This document shows positions 50,763-60,672 of a stretch of 64,000 nucleotides of DNA, in pieces (the first letter of the stretch is position 1; each line of letters opens with the position of its first letter). The notes beneath the pieces are model-generated. The model had not been told where the DNA came from. It searched no databases and was given only the letters and a program-made list of their open reading frames with translations. The DNA lies in NCBI GenBank assembly GCA_965263355.1, contig CBDHHL010000032.1, positions 2,624,001 to 2,688,000 of the forward strand, in the 5' to 3' direction. This DNA comes from Leptolyngbyaceae cyanobacterium. Lineage in GTDB: Bacteria > Cyanobacteriota > Cyanobacteriia > Phormidesmidales > Phormidesmidaceae. A program made the position numbers and the translations under genes.

Positions 50763-50881
50763 TATTTGGCTTCCCGATTGCCAACAGAAATTAAACTCTG
50801 TTAAACGGTAGCCATTTTCACAAAATCTTTTTGGAATAACCGTTCTAATGAGGAGCACTAGCCCTTATCAAAAACGACCCT

Positions 50882-52504
50882 ATGGTATTGATTGCCGGTC
50901 AGCCCCGCCAGTGGGATAATCTTTCCTGTCAGCAGGGAGGTGTGAGTACTGTTGCTACACGCTGCGTTATTTGTGGAAGCGTTCACGCTACTCAAGATCA
51001 CTGGCGTTTGATGGCTGAGGCTGAGATGCCCCAGAGTCCGGTCGAGCTGATCGATGATCTGGTGAAGATGCGGATGTATCGGCCTGAGGCCATCGAAACA
51101 GCTGATGCCATTAGTCAAGCAGAATTGCGCACGGCCCTGTTTATTAGCATGGTGGGTAAGGGGGAGCCCAAGCGAGAGAAGCTGGTGCGAGATTTGATCC
51201 AGCTGGCGGGCGGTCTTGACCAGGCGTTTAGTGCAGCCTTTGGCCCCAAGGCGGGAGAATTTTTTACCGACGCTAAGCGTATAAGCCAGGTAACTCGTCG
51301 TAAGTTTTTGCAGAATATTGCGGTGGGTGCTGCTCTGGTTACGCTGGCAAATTGTGATTCTACACCGGATGTGGTAGAGACACCGACGGCAGAAGCACCC
51401 GTGGGCACGACTTCCACTGGAGATTTAGAAAAATCCAACCTCAAGGTGGCGTTTCTCCCCATCACCTGTGCCACACCGATTATTATGTCGAAACCGTTGG
51501 GCATTTATGAGAAACACGGTCTCGATGTGGAACTGATGAAGTATGCTAGTTGGTCAGTGGTGAGGGATGCTGCGATCGCAGGTGAACTTGACGCCTATCA
51601 TATGCTAGCCCCCATGCCCATTGCTATGTCCCTGGGCCTTGGTTCTACCCCCTTCTCCGTTAAGCTAGCCAGCATTGAGAACAATAATGGCCAGGGCATT
51701 GCCGTCGCCAAGAAACACCTGGGCAAGGTAAAGGGACCTGCTGACTTTAAGGGTATGACCATTGGCATTCCCTACGATTATTCCAATCACAACTTGTTGT
51801 TGCGCTACTATCTAGCTACGGGTGGTCTCGACCCTGACAATGACGTAAAGTTGTTGATCTTGCCGCCACCGGATGCGATCGCAAAAATGTCCACTGGCCA
51901 AATCGACGCCTTTATCCTACCCGACAACTTTACCCAGCGGGTAGTGCAGGATAACATTGGCTTTATTCACCTATTAACCAAGGATCTGTGGGCCGGACAT
52001 CCCTGCTGTGCCTTTGTCGCCGCCCAAAACTGGATCGACGAGAACCCCAACACATTCCGTGCCTTGAACAAGGCCATCATTGACGGGGCCACCTATGCCA
52101 ACAATCCAGCCAACCGCAAAGAAATCGCCGCTGCCATTGCCCCACGGGAATATCTTAACCAGCCATTGCCGGTGTTAGAAGCTGTCATGACCGGTAAATT
52201 TGAAGATGGTCAGGGCAACACCTTAGATATTCCCGACCGGATTTACTTTGACCCCTATCCCTGGAAGAGTTTTGCCAGCTGGATTACCACCCAGCTAGTA
52301 CGTTGGGATTACACCACTGCGGATAAGGTGACCGATGGTGGTCAGGAGTTTTTCTTGACCGATCTGGCACGGGAGTTAGCGAACGAGCTTGGTGTAGACG
52401 CCCCAGATGAAATCTCACGTATCGAGAAAATGCAATTTGGCGATTTTGATCCAAGCAAAGCAGATGAATATTTGAAAGAACAAATCGATAAATTTGGTGT
52501 TTAA
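50882..52504 (+). CDS. CynA-like (NrtA/CmpA family) ABC substrate-binding lipoprotein, paralog 2
   Basis: FLPITCATPII, GELDAYHMLAPMP, GHPCCAF, FDPYPW; internal TRRKFL..LANC. Confidence 0.85.
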   Translation: MVLIAGQPRQWDNLSCQQGGVSTVATRCVICGSVHATQDHWRLMAEAEMPQSPVELIDDLVKMRMYRPEAIETADAISQAELRTALFISMVGKGEPKREKLVRDLIQLAGGLDQAFSAAFGPKAGEFFTDAKRISQVTRRKFLQNIAVGAALVTLANCDSTPDVVETPTAEAPVGTTSTGDLEKSNLKVAFLPITCATPIIMSKPLGIYEKHGLDVELMKYASWSVVRDAAIAGELDAYHMLAPMPIAMSLGLGSTPFSVKLASIENNNGQGIAVAKKHLGKVKGPADFKGMTIGIPYDYSNHNLLLRYYLATGGLDPDNDVKLLILPPPDAIAKMSTGQIDAFILPDNFTQRVVQDNIGFIHLLTKDLWAGHPCCAFVAAQNWIDENPNTFRALNKAIIDGATYANNPANRKEIAAAIAPREYLNQPLPVLEAVMTGKFEDGQGNTLDIPDRIYFDPYPWKSFASWITTQLVRWDYTTADKVTDGGQEFFLTDLARELANELGVDAPDEISRIEKMQFGDFDPSKADEYLKEQIDKFGV

Positions 52505-52592
52505 ACGGTATCTGTTAGGAGCTGGCTTATTTACCTGGAATTTGAGCTTTATGCCCTAATAAATCTTTGGTAGAAACCGATCAGGATAGATA

Positions 52593-52753
52593 TAATCGAC
52601 CTCGCTGTACCCCCTAACTAAATGCAATTAGAGATAACTGTACGGTGGTTTGTAGGGCGGCGTTCCGGCCCTGCCCAGGGGAAACCCCAGTTTGCCTAAA
52701 AGAGATAACTTAAGTTCATCCGGAAAGGGAACACGGAGGGACCCCCAAGCAAC
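52593..52753 (+). repeat. ~160-nt structured dispersed element, copy 2
   Basis: Aligns with the reverse complement of 41775-41935. Confidence 0.85.
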
Positions 52754-52787
52754 ATTTTTAAATTCCCAGGAAAATCCCTGTTAACCC

Positions 52788-53993
52788 TCACTCCCCCACC
52801 AACATCAACGGCAATATCACCTTAAACGTCGTCCCTTCACCCAGCTGACTCTTCACCTGAATTTCTCCCTGCTGAAAATCAACAAACTGCTTAACAATAC
52901 TCAACCCCAAGCCAGTCCCTGGAATATTACTCACATTCTTACCCCGATGAAACGGCTCAAACAAGTGAGGATAGTCCTCCGGCGGAATCCCTAAACCGCA
53001 GTCTTTGACCACAAAGACCGCCTGATCTTTGTGCCGAAATAACGATAGACAGACCGGTTTCCCATCGGGAGTATAGCGAATCGCGTTGGATAAAATATTT
53101 GTCAAAATCGAGCGCAGCAGCGTTTGATCCAATTTGGCAATCAGGGGCTTATGGCGTCCTGTAAACTCTAACTGACCTGTTTCCGATGGTAGCTCTGATA
53201 GCAAATTGCGACAAAAATCCACCAGATTTAAAGGTTCAGGATTTAAAGACAGACGCTTGGCCTCCAATTTGCCGAGAACCAAAATATCATCAATCATCTG
53301 GGTCATGCGCTCCACATTCTCTTTAATATCTAAGAGATATTGATTTTTTTGTGCCGGTGATAATTTTTCGTCATACCGTCTTAAAGACGATACCGACAAC
53401 GCAATATTGTTCATTGGATTGCGAAACTCATGGCATACCATAGACACAAATCGAGACTTAAGATTGCTCAGCTCCCGCAATTGTTCATTGGCGGCATAGA
53501 GTTCAGCAGTCCGTTCTTGTACTTTTAGTTCCAGATCCTCATTGGTCTGTTGCAATATGGCTTCAGCCCATTTTCGCTGACTAATATCACGAAACGTAAC
53601 CACGGCTCCAATCAGATTGCCATGCTCATCCCGCATGGGCGTACTGATATATTCCACTGGAAAACAGGTGCCGTCCTTACGCCAAAACACTTCATCGTTA
53701 ACCCGCTGCACATGTCCCTTTTGGAAAACCTCATAAATAGGACAACATTCTCTAGGATAGGGGCTGCCATCAGCATGGGAATGGTGCAGCACCCGATGCA
53801 TGGACTGACCAATTAAATCCTCCATTTCCCAATCAATCATGGCGGCAGCAGCAGGGTTTACAAAGGTTACATTACCCTGCACGTCCAAACCATAAACGCC
53901 TTCTCCCACCGCATTGAGAATCAGCTGATGCTGACGGCGTAGAGCTTCGAGCGCCTGATGATCAGAAAGATGAGTGGAACCCTGGGATTTCAT
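52788..53993 (-). CDS. Cytoplasmic PAS-domain histidine kinase
   Basis: PAS (GEGVYGLD..FVNPAA..FWRKDG..FRDIS), HisKA VCHEFRNP, NILSNAIRY, GTGLGL; no TM helix. Confidence 0.93.
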   Translation of the reverse strand: MKSQGSTHLSDHQALEALRRQHQLILNAVGEGVYGLDVQGNVTFVNPAAAAMIDWEMEDLIGQSMHRVLHHSHADGSPYPRECCPIYEVFQKGHVQRVNDEVFWRKDGTCFPVEYISTPMRDEHGNLIGAVVTFRDISQRKWAEAILQQTNEDLELKVQERTAELYAANEQLRELSNLKSRFVSMVCHEFRNPMNNIALSVSSLRRYDEKLSPAQKNQYLLDIKENVERMTQMIDDILVLGKLEAKRLSLNPEPLNLVDFCRNLLSELPSETGQLEFTGRHKPLIAKLDQTLLRSILTNILSNAIRYTPDGKPVCLSLFRHKDQAVFVVKDCGLGIPPEDYPHLFEPFHRGKNVSNIPGTGLGLSIVKQFVDFQQGEIQVKSQLGEGTTFKVILPLMLVGE

Positions 53994-54269
53994 AAAGTTG
54001 TCTAAGACTGTAGTGCATTACACCACGGTGGATTCTAAAAACCCGTAGATATGTATGTAAGTGTATAGTGTTTCGTCAAGCTTAATGATTCTCCGTAACT
54101 TGATAGAGAGTGGTATGCCAAAATGTTGGCGTAGGCCGTAAAGGACTATAGGGTAATTCTTTACTCTCCACTCTTTATCTATTCCTTACAGAAATTTTTA
54201 GCCTTGATATTGCCCTAACAAGTAATCGTAGATTATCAGTATTACCCTCCATCGTAGATAGTAAGGGCC

Positions 54270-55040
54270 ATGGCTAAAACAATTCTTGTCATTGAAGATG
54301 AGGCCCAAACGAGAGAAATTTTTCTCCGATGTTTGAAATTTGAAAGGTTTGAGGGTATTGGTGCCGAAAATGGCTCAACGGGGGTGAGGTTAGCCAAGAA
54401 ACATTGTCCTGACCTGGTGGTTTGTGACATCATGATGCCGGATATGGATGGCTATGAAGTGCTGGCCTGCCTGCGGGAAAATGATGTAACAGCCTCAATT
54501 CCATTTATTTTTTTGACGGCTAAGGTGGAAATGACTGATCTGCGCCAGGGAATGACGTTGGGGGCAGATGACTATCTGACAAAGCCCTGTACGGTGGAGA
54601 ATTTTTTGGATGCGATCGCAGCCCGCCTAAAACGCCAGGAAGACCTGAAACGAGGTCTAGAAAAGCTGCCTGCCCCCCCTCAAGAAAAGGACAGGTCTGT
54701 GGAAACAATTTTTCCTGACTGTCCTCGACTAAGGGCAGTATTTGAATTTATTGAAGCTAATTATCAGCAATCTATTCATCTTACCGACGTGGCCCAGGCT
54801 GTGGGCTATTCCCCTGCCTATTTGACTAACCTATCCCAAAGCCAAACAGGGCGTACAGTCAAAGCATGGATCATTGAACGTCGCATGGCTCAAGCCCGTC
54901 AATTATTAGCCAACACCGCTGAATCGATTAAACAAATTGCCGACAGTATTGGTTATGCCGATGCCGGCTACTTTACCCGACAATTTCGTAAACTCCATGG
55001 TGTTACGCCTCAGATGTGGCGCAGTCAGCCCAATCTGTAA
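54270..55040 (+). CDS. Response regulator, REC + AraC HTH
   Basis: ILVIED, CDIMMP, FLTAK; DVAQAVGYSPAYL, IADSIGY.DAGYFTRQFRK..GVTP. Confidence 0.93.
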   Translation: MAKTILVIEDEAQTREIFLRCLKFERFEGIGAENGSTGVRLAKKHCPDLVVCDIMMPDMDGYEVLACLRENDVTASIPFIFLTAKVEMTDLRQGMTLGADDYLTKPCTVENFLDAIAARLKRQEDLKRGLEKLPAPPQEKDRSVETIFPDCPRLRAVFEFIEANYQQSIHLTDVAQAVGYSPAYLTNLSQSQTGRTVKAWIIERRMAQARQLLANTAESIKQIADSIGYADAGYFTRQFRKLHGVTPQMWRSQPNL

Positions 55041-55153
55041 CAACCGCAACAAAATGTTCTGGCAATATTATCTAAATTCGTAACAACCGCAACAAAATCA
55101 CTCTCTAAATAATAAACAGACCTGAAAAGTCCTAGTTTTGCAAAAATTAGTCC
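55037..55153 (+). promoter_or_regulatory. Direct repeats upstream of cynA, candidate AraC-type sites
   Basis: GTAACAACCGCAACAAAAT at 55037 and 55080; A-rich-AGTCC at 55128 and 55149 (21-bp period). Confidence 0.5.
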
Positions 55154-55242
55154 GATGTAATCTCCGGGTGAGATTGATATAAATTACACTATCGAATCTC
55201 GCAAATATTACTAATCAGTAGTTTCAGTCAACGCTAGTTAAG

Positions 55243-56895
55243 GTGAGTACTCCTATGGTTTTAACCAACCCACAAACCGATCAAAAATGGGACAATCTGA
55301 ATTGCGATCGCGGTAATCTCACCGATTTTCAGATGGCCTGTATCATCTGTGGTGGGGCTCATCTAACCCAGTCTCACTGGGAGTTTCTTCAGACTATGCC
55401 CCAGGACCCGGTGGACATGGTAGAAGACCTGATGAAGATGGGGCTATATAAGGATCAGCAATTGCGGGCGGCAGATAAAGTTAATGCCTACGAATTGCGT
55501 AAGACTCTTTTGTTAAAGGCTGCTGGTAAAGGTGATCCCAAGCGAGAAAAGTTGGTGTTGGCCCTGGCTGAGCAGGCTGGCGGTATTGAAAATGCCTTCG
55601 CTGCTGCCTTTGGTCCCCAGGCCGGGTTGTTCTTCAACGACACCATTCGTAATAGCCAATTTACCCGTCGAGAATTTATCAAGAACTTAGCTATTGGTGC
55701 TGCGCTGGTTACCCTCAGTAACTGTGGTGGTAAGCCTGAAGAGCCAGCAGCTGTAGACGATGCGGCAGCTCCAGTAGATACGTCCGGGCTAGAAAAAACA
55801 GATTTGAAGATTGGGTTTATCCCCATCACCTGTGCCACCCCGATCATTATGGCGGAGCCTTTAGGTTTCTATAAGAAGTATGGGTTCAATGCAGAAGTGG
55901 TGAAAATGCCCAGCTGGGGTGCCGTGCGTGACTCAGCCATTGCAGGAGAATTGGATGCATACCACATGCTGGCACCTATGCCCATTGCCATGACCCTGGG
56001 TCTGGGTTCGGCCTCCTTTGGGGTGAAGCTAGCCAGCATTGAAAATATTAACGGTCAGGCCATTACGGTGGCCGAGAAATATAAGGGACAAATCAACGGG
56101 CCAGCGGACTTTAAAGGTTTCACCATCGGGGTGCCATTTCCCTATTCTATGCACAATCTGTTGATGCGTTATTATCTGGCAACCGGTGGTATCGACCCAG
56201 ATGTAGATGTGAAGATTCGCCCAGTTCCCCCACCGGATAGTATTGCTCAGCTTGTGGCAGGTGACATTGACGCCTATCTAATGCCCGATCCCTTTAACCA
56301 GCGGGCTGTGTTTGAAGGCGCTGGGTTTATCTTTAAGCTGACAAAAGATCTCTGGCCTGGTCATCCCTGCTGTGCCTTTGCTGCCAGTGACCAGTGGATT
56401 GATGCCAATCCCAACACCTTTAGAGCCCTCAACAAGTCCATTATCGATGCGGCTGGCTACGCCAGGGATCCAGCTAACCGGCCTGAAATTGCCAAGGCGA
56501 TTTCTGAGAGAGCCTTCCTAAATCAGCCAGTGGAGGTCGTAGAAGCCGTATTGACAGGTAATTTTGAAGATGGTCAGGGAAATACTCTAAACGTGCCAGA
56601 TCGGATCGACTTTGATCCTTACCCCTGGCAGAGTTTTGCAAACTGGATTTCTTCTCAGTTGGTACGTTGGGATCTGCAAGGAGATGGCAAGGCTGCTGAG
56701 GTGATTACCTCTGATACTTACGACCAGGTAGGTAAAGATATCTTCCTGACTGATCTGGCAAGGGAGTTATCCCAGGAAGTAGGTCTGAATCCACCCGATG
56801 ATATTTATCGGACTGAAACCCTTGAATTTGATACCTTTGACCCCGCTGATCCCGCTGCCTATGTCAAGGAACAAATTGATAAGAATGGAGTTTAA
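55243..56895 (+). CDS. cynA: Cyanate ABC transporter substrate-binding protein
   Basis: GFIPITCATPIIMA, PFPYSMHNLL, PDPFNQRAV, HPCCAF; in an operon with permease, ATPase and cyanase. Confidence 0.85.
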   Translation: MSTPMVLTNPQTDQKWDNLNCDRGNLTDFQMACIICGGAHLTQSHWEFLQTMPQDPVDMVEDLMKMGLYKDQQLRAADKVNAYELRKTLLLKAAGKGDPKREKLVLALAEQAGGIENAFAAAFGPQAGLFFNDTIRNSQFTRREFIKNLAIGAALVTLSNCGGKPEEPAAVDDAAAPVDTSGLEKTDLKIGFIPITCATPIIMAEPLGFYKKYGFNAEVVKMPSWGAVRDSAIAGELDAYHMLAPMPIAMTLGLGSASFGVKLASIENINGQAITVAEKYKGQINGPADFKGFTIGVPFPYSMHNLLMRYYLATGGIDPDVDVKIRPVPPPDSIAQLVAGDIDAYLMPDPFNQRAVFEGAGFIFKLTKDLWPGHPCCAFAASDQWIDANPNTFRALNKSIIDAAGYARDPANRPEIAKAISERAFLNQPVEVVEAVLTGNFEDGQGNTLNVPDRIDFDPYPWQSFANWISSQLVRWDLQGDGKAAEVITSDTYDQVGKDIFLTDLARELSQEVGLNPPDDIYRTETLEFDTFDPADPAAYVKEQIDKNGV

Positions 56896-56945
56896 CAGCA
56901 TTTGGTATCTGGTTTTAGCATCTGGAAATAGGAGGAATAAATTGA

Positions 56946-57797
56946 ATGGCCCTAAGTACGCCGCCAGTTAAGCCAGCTGTAAGTAACGTTAAAGGTACGG
57001 ATAGTAGTACTCCATGGTTAAATGAAAATGTTAAAGCGTTGGGACTGTTTATCATCTCATTGCTTTTATTCCTACTGTTTTGGGAAGTTGGGGCAAACCT
57101 AAAGCTGTTTGCGAAGGGTATGCCCACGGCTTCGACAACACTTAAGGAGCTTTGGTGGTGGATCACCAATCCGTTTTTTGATAACGGCCCCAATGACTTG
57201 GGAATCGGTTGGAATTTGTTGATTAGCTTGCGCCGGGTAGCCATTGGCTATATCTTAGCTTCCCTAATTGCGGTTCCTCTGGGAATTTTAATCGGGATCT
57301 CACCCATTGCCTACAAAGCCTTTAATCCCTATGTGCAGCTGTTAAAACCAGTGTCTCCCTTGGCCTGGTTACCACTGGGGTTGTATATCTTTCGAGATTC
57401 AGAAAAAACTGGGGTTTTTATCATTCTTATCTCCAGTATCTGGCCCACCCTAATCAACACCGCTTTCGGTGTGGCCAATGTGAACCCAGAATATCTCGAT
57501 GTCTCTAAAACCTTAGGAGCTTCAAGGCTACGCACCATTTTCAAGGTAATAATCCCAGCAGCTTTGCCCAATATTGTGTCCGGCTTACGGATTAGCATGG
57601 GGATCTCTTGGTTGGTTATTGTAGCGGCTGAGATGCTTTTGGGAACTGGATTAGGCTACTTTATATGGAATGAGTGGAACAACCTCTACATTCCAAATAT
57701 TTTGGTAGCCATTTTTATCATTGGTTTGGTGGGGCTAATTTTGGATAACATCTTTGGTGCCCTAGAAAAATTTGTTGCGTTTGGTCGTAAAGCGTGA
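56946..57797 (+). CDS. cynB: Cyanate ABC transporter permease (NrtB family)
   Basis: [36 protein letters not shown]. Confidence 0.88.
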   Translation: MALSTPPVKPAVSNVKGTDSSTPWLNENVKALGLFIISLLLFLLFWEVGANLKLFAKGMPTASTTLKELWWWITNPFFDNGPNDLGIGWNLLISLRRVAIGYILASLIAVPLGILIGISPIAYKAFNPYVQLLKPVSPLAWLPLGLYIFRDSEKTGVFIILISSIWPTLINTAFGVANVNPEYLDVSKTLGASRLRTIFKVIIPAALPNIVSGLRISMGISWLVIVAAEMLLGTGLGYFIWNEWNNLYIPNILVAIFIIGLVGLILDNIFGALEKFVAFGRKA

Positions 57798-58687
57798 GCA
57801 TTGCTTCCGTCAATTATTCCCATAATGGTGCCGTGTCTTCTGAACCTGAATTTTCTTCAGCCCAGCTTTCCATTCGCAATGTGACGAAGGTATTTGCGGG
57901 TAAGAGAGATTTCTTCAGTAAGCTATCGGGTAAAACATCCCGAGACTTTGTGGCTATTGAGGATATCAGTTTAGACATTGAGCCCAATACATTTGTCTCT
58001 ATCATTGGTCCATCGGGCTGTGGTAAGTCTACGCTGCTCAATATGGTGGCCGGGTTATCACCTGTGACCCGAGGAGAAATCTTGCTAAATGGTTATCCTG
58101 TTCAGGGACCAGGTCCTGATCGAGGGATGGTATTTCAGAACTATGCCCTGATGCCCTGGATGACGGTTGAAGAGAATATCCGTTTTGCTGTAGAAACAGT
58201 GTTTTCTAAGCTGTCACCTAAGCAGATGACTCGTGCCATCAAAGAACAGATTCAACTTGTGGGTCTGGAAGGTGCCGAAAAGAAGCATCCCCATGAGCTA
58301 TCGGGGGGGATGCGGCAGCGGGTAGGTATTGCCCGTGCGCTGGCGATTAATCCTCAGATTTTGCTGATGGATGAACCCTTTGGTGCCCTGGATGCCTTAA
58401 CTCGTGGATTCTTGCAAAGCGAAGTTGAGCGCATTTGGGAGCAGCAGCGTAAAACGGTGATTATGATTACCCACAGTATTGAAGAAGCGCTGTTGCTGTC
58501 AGACCGTATCGTTATGATGACCCGAGGTCCAGCGGCTCGGATTGATGAGATCCTGGACGTTCCGTTTCCCCGTCCTCGCGATCGCGAAACCATCGATCAG
58601 CATCCAGCGTATCACGATCTAAAAGCCGAGATGGAAAGTCATCTGTTCCGTGAGACCCGTGCCGTGGAAGAGTCTCGCATTCGCTAA
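57794..58687 (+). CDS. cynD: Cyanate ABC transporter ATPase (NrtD family)
   Basis: [31 protein letters not shown]. Confidence 0.88.
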   Translation: MSIASVNYSHNGAVSSEPEFSSAQLSIRNVTKVFAGKRDFFSKLSGKTSRDFVAIEDISLDIEPNTFVSIIGPSGCGKSTLLNMVAGLSPVTRGEILLNGYPVQGPGPDRGMVFQNYALMPWMTVEENIRFAVETVFSKLSPKQMTRAIKEQIQLVGLEGAEKKHPHELSGGMRQRVGIARALAINPQILLMDEPFGALDALTRGFLQSEVERIWEQQRKTVIMITHSIEEALLLSDRIVMMTRGPAARIDEILDVPFPRPRDRETIDQHPAYHDLKAEMESHLFRETRAVEESRIR

Positions 58688-58752
58688 CGAGTGCGATTGT
58701 CCAGTAAGCGTTTTCCTTTTCAATTATCGAAATCAAGAGGTGATTTTTTGTT

Positions 58753-59196
58753 ATGGCTATTCCCGAAATTTCTGCAAAGTTTCTTGCCGCAAAGAAAGAG
58801 AAAGGTCTGACATTTGCTGATCTTGAGTCTAAGCTAGGCTACGACGAAGTCTGGATTGCGTCGGTGCTATATCGTCAGGCGAGTGCCTCTGAAGAGGAAG
58901 CCACCAAAATTGTGGAAGCCTTAGGTATGGGGCCAGAGTTTGTTGAGTACTTAACAGAATGTCCCATGAAAGGTGGTTTAGATCCCCTTGTACCCACCGA
59001 TCCATTGATTTATCGTTTCTATGAAATCATGCAGGTCTATGGCGTACCTGTGAAGGAAGTTGTCCATGAGAAATTTGGCGATGGCATCATGAGCGCCATT
59101 GATTTCTCCATTGATGTGGAGAGAGAAGAAGATCCCAAGGGCGATCGCGTCAAAGTCATCATGTGTGGCAAATTCTTACCCTATAAGAAGTGGTAA
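58753..59196 (+). CDS. cynS: Cyanase (cyanate lyase)
   Basis: [30 protein letters not shown]. Confidence 0.97.
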   Translation: MAIPEISAKFLAAKKEKGLTFADLESKLGYDEVWIASVLYRQASASEEEATKIVEALGMGPEFVEYLTECPMKGGLDPLVPTDPLIYRFYEIMQVYGVPVKEVVHEKFGDGIMSAIDFSIDVEREEDPKGDRVKVIMCGKFLPYKKW

Positions 59197-59253
59197 GACC
59201 GCTTTTCACTCTCCGCTTTCCTTGAATTCACTCTTCACCTTTCTTAAAGCAGC

Positions 59254-59288
59254 AGCACTTTTGGCCTAGCCAAAAGTGCTATTTTTTT
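59254..59288 (+). terminator. Intrinsic terminator after cynS
   Basis: AGCACTTTTGGC-cta-GCCAAAAGTGCT followed by ATTTTTTT. Confidence 0.85.
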
Positions 59289-59301
59289 GTTATGAGGGCT
59301 G

Positions 59302-59392
59302 ATACAAATCCGAATTTATTAAAACCCATTAAACATGGACAATCCTGTAGGGGCACTCCCTTGTGGATACCCCTCGATATCGGGTGCTATCA
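59302..59392 (-). repeat. ~92-bp dispersed REP-like repeat, family A copy 2
   Basis: Reverse complement aligns with 23521-23612. Confidence 0.85.
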
Positions 59393-59470
59393 GTTAGAAT
59401 TTTGTATTAGAGAAGATGTATACCTGTTGGAATCACCTTCAAATCCTTTTTCTGGCCGCTTGACATCCGG

Positions 59471-60604
59471 CTATCGTGTCAATGAATTGTGAGAATGACT
59501 GCCTTTGAGATAGCAATGACAGTTGGGCTTCTCAATCAAGGTTGTCACCAGTGAATTAAGAGCGACGGCTGCTAATAGCCCTCCTCCCTGAGTGCCTTCA
59601 GTGGTGATAAACGGTACGCCACTGTGCTGCAAACGCCGTTTAGCCGCAGGGGCGTGGCTGAATCCGATGGGCAGACCGATCACGAGAGCTGGCTCTAATT
59701 GTTGTGCTTGAACAGCCTCACAGACAGCCATCAAAACAGAGGGGGCGTACCCAATCACTAAGACACACCCTGTTGGCAAATCAGATAATTTAGAACGCCA
59801 TTGGTCTTGTTGCCAAAACGTTTGCTCTGCTTCGGCAGCGTTATTAATATGCGGATTATCGATCAGCGTTTGAACAGAACACCCTAAATGGGCTAACCGG
59901 GTTTGGTCGAGGGCTGTAATGACGGCTGGAATGTCGCTTACCACAGTGCAGCCTTGCTTCAAGGTGTCGCGGGCAACCCTAATGGCATCAAAGCTTAAAC
60001 GAACAAAAGGCACCAAACTAACATCACCACAGGCTAAAACCATTTGGGAGAGCAAATCCACCTCAATTTCTGAACGCTCTGACAGATCGGGCAATAAGTG
60101 CTCTAGGGCCTGCTGAAAGTTTTCGGGATGATTGTGAGCTGCACAATCAAGCTCATCCCATACCCGATGGGTGGCTAACTCGTTGGCCTCAACTTCTAGA
60201 ACACGCAATTGTGCTAAGGCTTCGGCTTGCACAGTTTGGCAACCCTGGTCCCGTCCTAAAATGCCCTCCACAGCCATCGCTGTTTGTCGCAACTGCACAA
60301 GCTGGCGCATCAACGTTTGATAATGCTGTTGCAACTGCTCCATTACTGCCATTGAATTCAGTGTTGCCTGCGTGTCGAGCAATTGTTGAATATGGCTCAG
60401 CTGGAAGCCTTGTTGCTTGAGCGCCACAATACGCCGCAACCGTTGCACATCGGCATCATCGTAAAGGCGATAATTGCCGCGAGATCGCTTGGGCTGAGGC
60501 AGTAACCCCAACTGATGATAGTGACGCACCATGCGCGGTGTCACCTGGCCGCCAACAGTTTCAGTCAGCTCTTTAATGGTTAACTGCTGCTTAGTTTGGG
60601 TCAT
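59471..60604 (-). CDS. coaR: Cobalt-sensing MerR regulator fused to a precorrin-isomerase (CbiC/CobH)-like domain
   Basis: MerR HTH (TPRMVRHYHQLGLL..GNYRLY), CbiC-like IGYAPSVL..IGLPIGF..GG.LAAVALN, and C-terminal CHC. Confidence 0.88.
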   Translation of the reverse strand: MTQTKQQLTIKELTETVGGQVTPRMVRHYHQLGLLPQPKRSRGNYRLYDDADVQRLRRIVALKQQGFQLSHIQQLLDTQATLNSMAVMEQLQQHYQTLMRQLVQLRQTAMAVEGILGRDQGCQTVQAEALAQLRVLEVEANELATHRVWDELDCAAHNHPENFQQALEHLLPDLSERSEIEVDLLSQMVLACGDVSLVPFVRLSFDAIRVARDTLKQGCTVVSDIPAVITALDQTRLAHLGCSVQTLIDNPHINNAAEAEQTFWQQDQWRSKLSDLPTGCVLVIGYAPSVLMAVCEAVQAQQLEPALVIGLPIGFSHAPAAKRRLQHSGVPFITTEGTQGGGLLAAVALNSLVTTLIEKPNCHCYLKGSHSHNSLTR

Positions 60605-60606
60605 GG

Positions 60607-60646
60607 AGGTCAACCTTAACATTTACAAGAATGTTAAGGTTGACCT
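60607..60646. promoter_or_regulatory. CoaR-type operator
   Basis: Perfect 17-6-17 inverted repeat AGGTCAACCTTAACATT-tacaag-AATGTTAAGGTTGACCT abutting the coaR start. Confidence 0.85.
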
Positions 60647-60672
60647 TAGCATTTTTTGTGTGCTTTTCTACA

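Noticed and set aside
52593..52753. Moco or cobalamin riboswitch identity for the 160-nt element
   Set aside because: Only short look-alike words (GGAAAC, GGAAAGG); this copy has no same-strand gene downstream and neither copy precedes Mo or B12 genes. cmscan is needed to exclude it fully.
54009..54024. NtcA box upstream of the PAS kinase
   Set aside because: GTA-N6-TAC spacing, not GTA-N8-TAC; the cynA upstream candidate also lacks the GTA half
55243..58687. Nitrate (nrtABCD) or bicarbonate (cmpABCD) transporter
   Set aside because: No NrtC/CmpC-type fused ATPase, and cynS follows directly
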